Notes under the pieces: model-generated
The model's input: only the letters and a program-made list of their open reading frames with translations
Databases searched by the model: none
Told to the model about the DNA's origin: nothing
Assembly (NCBI GenBank): GCA_038231275.1
Contig: JBBRLQ010000001.1
Location: 64,001-128,000, forward strand
DNA length: 64,000 bases
Direction: 5' to 3'
Source: Polyangiales bacterium
Lineage (GTDB): Bacteria > Myxococcota_A > Polyangia > Polyangiales > Polyangiaceae
Position numbers and translations under genes: made by a program
In this document: in pieces, positions 57,879 to 64,000 of the stretch
Layout: every line of letters starts with the position of its first letter
Position numbering within the stretch: the stretch's first letter is position 1

Positions 57879-59285
57879 ATGCAAGTCCCCGCTCACGTGT
57901 TTCGCGAGTACGACATCCGCGGCGTCGCCGAGCGCGACTTGTCGAGCGATCTGGCCCGATCGATCGGCCGCGGCTACGCGAGGATGCTGACGGACGGCGC
58001 GGCCGCGAGCGGAAAACCGCTCCGCGTGTGCGTCGGTCGCGACTGCCGCCTCTCCAGCCCGCGCCTCCACCTCGCGCTCGTCGACGGCCTCCTCCGCAGC
58101 GGCGTCCACGTCATCGACATCGGCGTCGGCCCCACGCCGATGCTGTACTTCTCGGTGCATCACACCAACGCCGACGGCGGGATCATGATCACCGGGAGCC
58201 ACAACGCCGGCGACGAGAACGGCTTCAAGATGATGCGCGGCAAGGGCAGCTTCTTCGGCGCCGACATCCAGAGCCTCCGCAAGCGCATCGAGGCAGGCGA
58301 CTTCGGCGCGGAGACCGACGGCGGCGGCGAGTCGATGGACGTGCGCGAGGCGTACCTTGCGGCGCTCACGAAAGACATCTCGCTCGCGGGCTCTGCGATG
58401 AAGGTCGTCCTCGATGCCGGCAACGGCGCGGGCGGTCCGCTCGGCGTCGCCGCGATCACGCGCGCCGGCGTCACGCCCGACGCGCTCTTCTGCGACATGG
58501 ACGGGAACTTCCCCAACCACCACCCCGATCCGACCGTCCCCAAGAACCTCGAGGCCCTCATCGCCCGCGTCCGCGAGACCGGCGCGCGGGTCGGCCTCGC
58601 GTACGACGGCGACGCCGATCGCCTCGGCGCCGTCGACGCCAACGGCGACATCGTATGGGGCGACCGCCTCATGATCCTCTTCTCGCGCGCGCTGCTGAAG
58701 AAGAGCCCGGGCGCCGCCATCCTCGGCGAGGTGAAGTGCTCGCAGACGCTCTACGACGACATCGCCAAGCACGGCGGCCGCCCCATCATGTGGAAGACCG
58801 GTCACTCGCTCATCAAGACGAAGATGAAGGAGGAGCACGCGCTCCTCGCCGGCGAGATGAGCGGACACCTCTTCTTCGCGGACCGTTACTACGGCTACGA
58901 CGACGCGCTGTATGCGTCTCTGCGCCTCCTCGAGATCCTCGCCGCCGATCCGCGCTCGATCGGGGAGATGCTCTCCGACGTGCCAGTGACGTTCGCGACG
59001 CCGGAGCTCCGCGTCGACTGCCCGGACGCGATCAAGTTCGACGTCGTGAAGGCGATCACCGAGCGGTACAAGAGCAAGGGTCTGCCGGTGGCGGACATCG
59101 ACGGCGCGCGCGTCTCCTTCGGAACGCCCGCGGCTCCGGCGTGGGGCCTCGTGCGCGCGTCGAATACCGGCCCCGTACTGGTCATGCGCTTCGAGGCGAC
59201 GACCGAGGCCGAGCGCGATCGCCTCCGCGCGGAGGTCGAGGCGGCGGTGACCGAGGAGCGTGGCAAGCTCGCGGCGCGCTCGTGA
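57879..59285 (+). CDS. Phosphomannomutase/phosphoglucomutase (AlgC-like)
   Basis: FREYDIRG, ITGSHN, DGDADR, GEMSGH and RASNT. Confidence 0.95.
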   Translation: MQVPAHVFREYDIRGVAERDLSSDLARSIGRGYARMLTDGAAASGKPLRVCVGRDCRLSSPRLHLALVDGLLRSGVHVIDIGVGPTPMLYFSVHHTNADGGIMITGSHNAGDENGFKMMRGKGSFFGADIQSLRKRIEAGDFGAETDGGGESMDVREAYLAALTKDISLAGSAMKVVLDAGNGAGGPLGVAAITRAGVTPDALFCDMDGNFPNHHPDPTVPKNLEALIARVRETGARVGLAYDGDADRLGAVDANGDIVWGDRLMILFSRALLKKSPGAAILGEVKCSQTLYDDIAKHGGRPIMWKTGHSLIKTKMKEEHALLAGEMSGHLFFADRYYGYDDALYASLRLLEILAADPRSIGEMLSDVPVTFATPELRVDCPDAIKFDVVKAITERYKSKGLPVADIDGARVSFGTPAAPAWGLVRASNTGPVLVMRFEATTEAERDRLRAEVEAAVTEERGKLAARS

Positions 59286-60157
59286 CGGCGACCTCCGCGG
59301 ACAAGACGTGGACGATCGAGTCGCTCGTCAAATGGGCGACTGACGACTTTCGCGCGCGCGGCATCGAGAGCCCGCGCCTCGACGCCGAGGTGCTGGTGGC
59401 GTGGGCGCTGGGGATCGATCGCATCCGCATCATCATCGACGGCAAGCGTCCCCTGATGGGCGACGAGCTCGCGCGCCTGCGGGATCTGATCAAGCGACGA
59501 CGCGCGCGCGAGCCGATCGCGTACTTGCGCGGCGAACGGGAATTTTACGGGCGCCGCTTCGCCGTCGACAAGAGGGTGCTGGTGCCGCGACCCGACACCG
59601 AGACGCTGGTAGACGTCGCGATCGCGCGAACTTCCCACGTGTCGATGAGCATGCGCGGCCTCGATCTGTGCACGGGCTCCGGCTGCGTCGCGATCACGCT
59701 GGCGCGCTTGCGCCCGACGGTGCGAATTCATGCGACCGACGTGAGCGCCGACGCGCTCTCGGTCGCGCGCGCCAACGCGCTGCGGCTCGGCGCGTACAAC
59801 GTGAGCTTCTCGGAGGGCGATCTCTTCGACGCGCGCATCCCGTGGCCGAAGGTCGAGCTCGTCACCGCCAACCCGCCGTACATCGCGACGGCGGAGCTGG
59901 GCACGCTGATGCCGGACGTGCGCGACTTCGAGCCGCGCCTGGCGCTCGACGGTGGATCCGATGGACTCGCGCTCGTGCGGCGCATCGTGGAGGCGGCGCC
60001 GCGAGCTCTCGTGGCGGGCGGCGTGCTGGCGCTCGAGATCGGCGCGGGCGAGGCGGCGGCGACGACGGCGCTCTTCGAGGCGCGCGGCTTCCGGGAGATC
60101 ACGACGACGCGCGACTACGGCAAGATCGAGCGCGTGGTGTCGGGCCTCTGGACCTGA
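59282..60157 (+). CDS. prmC: Release factor glutamine methyltransferase
   Basis: PRLDAEVL, EPIAYL.GEREFYG, LVPRPDTE, DLCTGSGC, NPPY and EPRLALDGG; GTGA overlap. Confidence 0.95.
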   Translation: MTATSADKTWTIESLVKWATDDFRARGIESPRLDAEVLVAWALGIDRIRIIIDGKRPLMGDELARLRDLIKRRRAREPIAYLRGEREFYGRRFAVDKRVLVPRPDTETLVDVAIARTSHVSMSMRGLDLCTGSGCVAITLARLRPTVRIHATDVSADALSVARANALRLGAYNVSFSEGDLFDARIPWPKVELVTANPPYIATAELGTLMPDVRDFEPRLALDGGSDGLALVRRIVEAAPRALVAGGVLALEIGAGEAAATTALFEARGFREITTTRDYGKIERVVSGLWT

Positions 60158-60250
60158 CGAGACCTGACGTAGCCGTCTCCGATTGCGTGTGCGAAGCGCA
60201 CGCTCGCGCTGGCGGAACGCGCGGCGGAGGGGCATCATCCAACGTTCCAC

Positions 60251-61474
60251 GTGCACGTAGGCCGCATTTTCGGGTTCATCCTCTTCCTATTGCCGGTGCT
60301 GGCGGCGAGCGGGGCGGCCCATTGGCTGATCGCGACGTGGGCGATGCGCTCGTTCCCGCGCCTCGCGCGTCACCGCCGGAAGGCGAAGATCGTCGTCGCG
60401 GTGCTGGTCGTCGCGAGCCCGCTCCTCCGCGCCCTCGCCCGCCGCGCGCACAGCTCCATCGTCGCCGAGCTGGTGTCGGTCATGATGGTGGAGGCGATGT
60501 TCGTGGTCATGTCGCTGCCGCTCTTGCTCGCGGCGATGGCGATCGCACGGCTCGCGACGAGACCGACGGCCAAGGCCTCGGACGGCGACGCGAAGGAAGA
60601 CCCGAAGGACGAGGCTGCAGTGACCACCGCATCCACGGCGCTCGGACGGCGAGAGGTGCTCGAGCGTGCGGGCGGCCTGCTGGCCCTCGGCGCGACCGGA
60701 TCGGTGCTCGGTTGGGGCATCGTGCGCGGGCGTCACGCGTTCCAGATCGACGAGCTCGTCGTCAAAATCCCCGGCCTCCCGCGCGCGCTCGACGGCTACG
60801 TCATCGCGCAGGTGAGCGATCTCCACGCCGGCGTCCACGTGAGCGAGCGTGACCTGATGGAAGGCCTCGATCGCGTCGCCGAGGTGAAGCCCGACCTCAT
60901 CGTCGCGACCGGCGATCTCGTCGACTTCGATCCGCACTACGCGCCGATGCTCGCGCGCGCACTCGCGAGCTTGCGGGCGCGCGACGGCGTCTTCGCCATT
61001 CTCGGCAATCACGACTACTACGCCGGCGCCGACGAGGTGGTCGCCACCCTCCGCAAGACCAGCACCGAGATTCTCATCAACCGCGGGCGCGTCATTCGCC
61101 CCGATGACGGCGGCGGCTTCGCGCTCCTCGGCCTCGACGACATGTGGGCGTACCGCTCCGGCGGGGTCGGGCCCGACCTCGACGCCGCCATCGCGACGGT
61201 GCCCGCCGATCGCCCGCGCATCCTCCTCGCGCACCAGCCGAACTACATCCGGCACTCCGCCGGTCGCGTCGCCCTCCAGCTCTCGGGCCACACGCACGGC
61301 GGGCAGATCAACCCCGGCTTCACGCCGGCCAAGCTCTTCATGCCGTTCGTGGCGGGGCGCTACGACGTGGAAAAGACCGTGCTGTACGTCAATCGAGGCT
61401 TCGGGGTCGTCGGGCCGCCCGCGCGCGTCGGCGCTCCTCCCGAGGTGACGAAGGTCGTGCTCGTCGCGGCCTGA
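60251..61474 (+). CDS. Membrane-anchored calcineurin-like metallophosphoesterase (YkuE/YaeI-like)
   Basis: SDLH, TGDLVD, GNHD, LAHQP, SGHTHGGQ and VNRGFG. Confidence 0.92.
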   Translation: MHVGRIFGFILFLLPVLAASGAAHWLIATWAMRSFPRLARHRRKAKIVVAVLVVASPLLRALARRAHSSIVAELVSVMMVEAMFVVMSLPLLLAAMAIARLATRPTAKASDGDAKEDPKDEAAVTTASTALGRREVLERAGGLLALGATGSVLGWGIVRGRHAFQIDELVVKIPGLPRALDGYVIAQVSDLHAGVHVSERDLMEGLDRVAEVKPDLIVATGDLVDFDPHYAPMLARALASLRARDGVFAILGNHDYYAGADEVVATLRKTSTEILINRGRVIRPDDGGGFALLGLDDMWAYRSGGVGPDLDAAIATVPADRPRILLAHQPNYIRHSAGRVALQLSGHTHGGQINPGFTPAKLFMPFVAGRYDVEKTVLYVNRGFGVVGPPARVGAPPEVTKVVLVAA

Positions 61475-61480
61475 TATACG

Positions 61481-62725
61481 ATGGCGACCGGGATGCGTCG
61501 CCTCGCCTCGCTCGTCGTCACACTCGTGGTCCTCGCCTTCGGGGCGAGCGCGGTCGCCGCGCCGAAGGACGAAGAGGTGGCCCGGGCGCGCGTCCTCGAT
61601 CAGCAAGGCGTGCGCGCGTACAAGGACGGTCGCTACAACGACGCCATCCGCTACTTCAGCGAGGCGTTCAAGCTGGGCGGCCCCGCCAGCGAGCTGTGGA
61701 ACATCGCCAAGTGCCATCTCCGCCTCGACGAGCCGGAGCAGGCCAGCGACGCCTACGATCGCTACTTGATGCAGCAAGGCCTGACGCCGCAGGACAAATC
61801 GGAGGCGCGCGAGGAGCTCGAGGAGCTTCGCCGCCGTCGCTCGATCCTCACGGTCGCGTCGGCGCCGAGCCGCGCGACCGTGTACGTCGACGGCAAGCGA
61901 AACGAAGCGGCGGGGACGACGCCCTTCAGCGTGCAGCTGCCGCCCGGCAACCACAAGATCGACATCGAGCTCGCAGGGCATCGCCCGTACGGCAAAGAGA
62001 TCGAGGCCAAGTACGGCCGCGCGATCATCGTCGACGCCCAGCTCGAGAAGGACCCCAACTTTCAGGTGGCCGCCAAGCCCGTCACGGGTGTCGGCGGCGG
62101 TGTCGACACGCCCGTGGGGCCCCCGCGGAAGAGCGATCTCGGGGATCCGAAGCGCTTCACCGCCAAGGCCGAGGTCGGCGTGGTCTTCTCGAAGCTCGGC
62201 GCCTTCTCGGAGGGCGGACGCCTCGCCTTCGCGTTGAGCGGCACGTACTGGTTCGTCGACGCGCAGCGGTGGGCAGTGGGCGGTGGTTTCCTCCTCCATA
62301 TCACCGGCGACGCGTGGGGCAACACGATCGGCGCGCCGATCAACGGCCCCGGCTGCACGCTGACCATCTCCAATAGCGAGACGGCGACCGAGGTCGCGGG
62401 GTACGGCATCGGCACGTTCGCGTACCGCGTCGCGCCGCGCCTCCGGGTCGCCGCCGACGCGGGGCTCGGCATCGCGGGCTACGGTGCCAGCGCTCTGGGT
62501 GGCGATCTGTTCACGCCGACCTGCCAACCCGCGACCGGCGCGCAGGTGGCCGCCCGCGTGGGGCTTGAGGCGTCGTACACCGTCCTCCCCTTCTTGCGGG
62601 CGACGCTCACACCGCTCGCGCTTCAGGTGCACCCATCGTACGGCGGGGCGCGCTCCACGCCGGTCGACGCGACGGGCACGTGGCTGCGGTTCGGTCTCGG
62701 CCTCGGCCTCGCGGTGGATCTGTGA
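61481..62725 (+). CDS. TPR + PEGA domain protein with C-terminal beta-rich (OM barrel-like) region
   Basis: Signal peptide, TPR, S.PSRATVYVDG...GTTP...LPPGNH.I...GH.PY and amphipathic strands. Confidence 0.8.
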   Translation: MATGMRRLASLVVTLVVLAFGASAVAAPKDEEVARARVLDQQGVRAYKDGRYNDAIRYFSEAFKLGGPASELWNIAKCHLRLDEPEQASDAYDRYLMQQGLTPQDKSEAREELEELRRRRSILTVASAPSRATVYVDGKRNEAAGTTPFSVQLPPGNHKIDIELAGHRPYGKEIEAKYGRAIIVDAQLEKDPNFQVAAKPVTGVGGGVDTPVGPPRKSDLGDPKRFTAKAEVGVVFSKLGAFSEGGRLAFALSGTYWFVDAQRWAVGGGFLLHITGDAWGNTIGAPINGPGCTLTISNSETATEVAGYGIGTFAYRVAPRLRVAADAGLGIAGYGASALGGDLFTPTCQPATGAQVAARVGLEASYTVLPFLRATLTPLALQVHPSYGGARSTPVDATGTWLRFGLGLGLAVDL

Positions 62726-62732
62726 GGCGCGC

Positions 62733-63404
62733 GTGACAGCTACGCTCTTCGACTTCAACGGGGTCCTCGTCGACGACGAGCACGTGCACCTCGCCGCGTT
62801 CCGCGACGTCGTCGAGCCGCTCGGGATCAACCTCACCGAGGCGGTCTACGTCGAGAAATACATGGGGTTCGACGATCGCGGCGCGTTCATGGCCATGCTC
62901 CAAGACGCGGGTTACACGCTCTCGGCCGATCGCATCCGCAGCCTCGTGCGCGCGAAGAAGCCTGCGTACATGTCGCGCATCGAGAGCGGCATGCGCATTT
63001 TCCCCGGAGCGACGGAGATCGTGCGGCGGCGCGCGGCCATGGGCGTCGTCGGGATCGTCTCGGGCGCGCTCGAGCACGAGATCCGCTACTGCCTCGAACG
63101 GATGGGCGTCGCGGAGCTCGTCGCGTTCATCGTTCCGGCGGAGGCGACGCAGGCGAGCAAACCGGATCCCGAGGGGTACATGATCGCGCGGAAGGAGCTC
63201 GCGGCGCGCGGCGTTCCCGACGGTCGCGCGGTGGTCGTCGAGGACTCGGTAGCCGGCGTGCGCGCGGCCAAGGCGGCGGGTCTGCGGTGCGCCGCGGTGG
63301 CCCACGCACACGACGCCGATGCGCTCGTGGGCGCCGGGGCAGACGTCGTCGCCGACGCGATCGCCGAGCTCACCGACACGATGCTCGACGGTTCCCAACC
63401 GTGA
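62733..63404 (+). CDS. HAD-family phosphatase
   Basis: LFDFNGVLVD, IVSG, SKPDPEGY and VVEDS..GV.AA.AAG. Confidence 0.9.
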   Translation: MTATLFDFNGVLVDDEHVHLAAFRDVVEPLGINLTEAVYVEKYMGFDDRGAFMAMLQDAGYTLSADRIRSLVRAKKPAYMSRIESGMRIFPGATEIVRRRAAMGVVGIVSGALEHEIRYCLERMGVAELVAFIVPAEATQASKPDPEGYMIARKELAARGVPDGRAVVVEDSVAGVRAAKAAGLRCAAVAHAHDADALVGAGADVVADAIAELTDTMLDGSQP

Positions 63405-64000
63405 AGGGCGTCGCCATCGCCCTCGCGACGGCGCTCGTCACGACGGTCGCGCATGCCGGGCCTCGCGCGTCGCCCGCGACCGGTGCCGACGGTTGGCGCG
63501 CGGCCGGCCTCCGCGGCGCCCGCGGGATGACGATCGGCCCCATCGAGAACGGCTACCACCCCGACGTCGGCTACGGATCGGCCGCGTACGGCCGCACGCT
63601 CGTCGAGTGCCGCGCGATGGGCGCGGAGTGGGTGAGCGTCACGCCGTTCGGACGCGTCGCGGACCTGCGCGGCCAAGGCGTCGACCTCACCTTCGAGGCA
63701 CCCTTCGAGGCGACGCGCGCGGCCGTGACGCGCGCGGTGGAGATGGCGCACGCGCGCGGCCTCAAGGTCATGATCGTGCCGCACCTTTGGGTCGAGTCCG
63801 GCGAGTGGCGCGCGAAGATCGATCCCGGCACCGACGCGGGCTGGGCGCGCTGGGCTGCGAGCTACCGCCGGTTCGTGCTCACGTGGGCGAAGGTCGCGGA
63901 GGAGTCACGCGCGGAGCTGTTCAGCGCCGGCGTCGAGCTGCGCTCGTGGGTGACGACGACGCGCGCGCCGAGCTTCGCGGCGATCGTGCGCGACGTGCGC
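63401..64000 (+). CDS. Glycoside hydrolase family 113-like secreted protein (partial)
   Basis: Not in the ORF track. GTGA overlap; manual translation gives MGAEWVSVTPF, AHARGLKVMIVPHLW, WRAKI, W..SYRRF and FSAGVEL. Confidence 0.75.
   Translation, partial: MKGVAIALATALVTTVAHAGPRASPATGADGWRAAGLRGARGMTIGPIENGYHPDVGYGSAAYGRTLVECRAMGAEWVSVTPFGRVADLRGQGVDLTFEAPFEATRAAVTRAVEMAHARGLKVMIVPHLWVESGEWRAKIDPGTDAGWARWAASYRRFVLTWAKVAEESRAELFSAGVELRSWVTTTRAPSFAAIVRDVR

Noticed and set aside
60640..60720. Internal twin-arginine-like motif (GRREVL) in the metallophosphoesterase
   Set aside because: Already known in YkuE-like phosphoesterases; not novel

Overview
High-GC bacterial chromosomal window with about 60 genes. 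The gene content is typical of Myxococcota and probably Polyangiales-like (inferred from the Glt/Nfs-type TPR cluster, the many Cys-rich lipoproteins, an eukaryotic-like kinase fold and a PEGA protein). I found no rRNA, tRNA, CRISPR array, integrase or transposase. Core genes: gltA, pilD, thiD, ftsE-ftsX-envC-like, grpE-dnaK, uvrD/pcrA, phosphomannomutase, prmC and a leuA-like synthase. Notable modules: (i) a Family 2A encapsulin, cargo cysteine desulfurase and rhodanese operon (31575-34837, -); (ii) a 7-gene Glt/Nfs-like trans-envelope cluster without a motor (13158-23124); (iii) a complete AmmeMemoRadiSam trio; (iv) a stand-alone flavodiiron-like MBL next to an ECF sigma and soluble zinc anti-sigma; (v) a coupled pair of a Gly-rich lipoprotein and a probable Tat lipoprotein; (vi) an ankyrin-CxxCH-prenyltransferase-fold lipoprotein; (vii) a Ser/Thr pseudokinase, an orphan SMI1/KNR4-like protein and a 58-aa ORF missing from the ORF track, behind a sigma54-like motif. 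Eleven genes have a TAnnnT box 6-7 nt before the start codon, suggesting widespread leaderless transcription. All calls come from manual motif recognition; no database searches were run.
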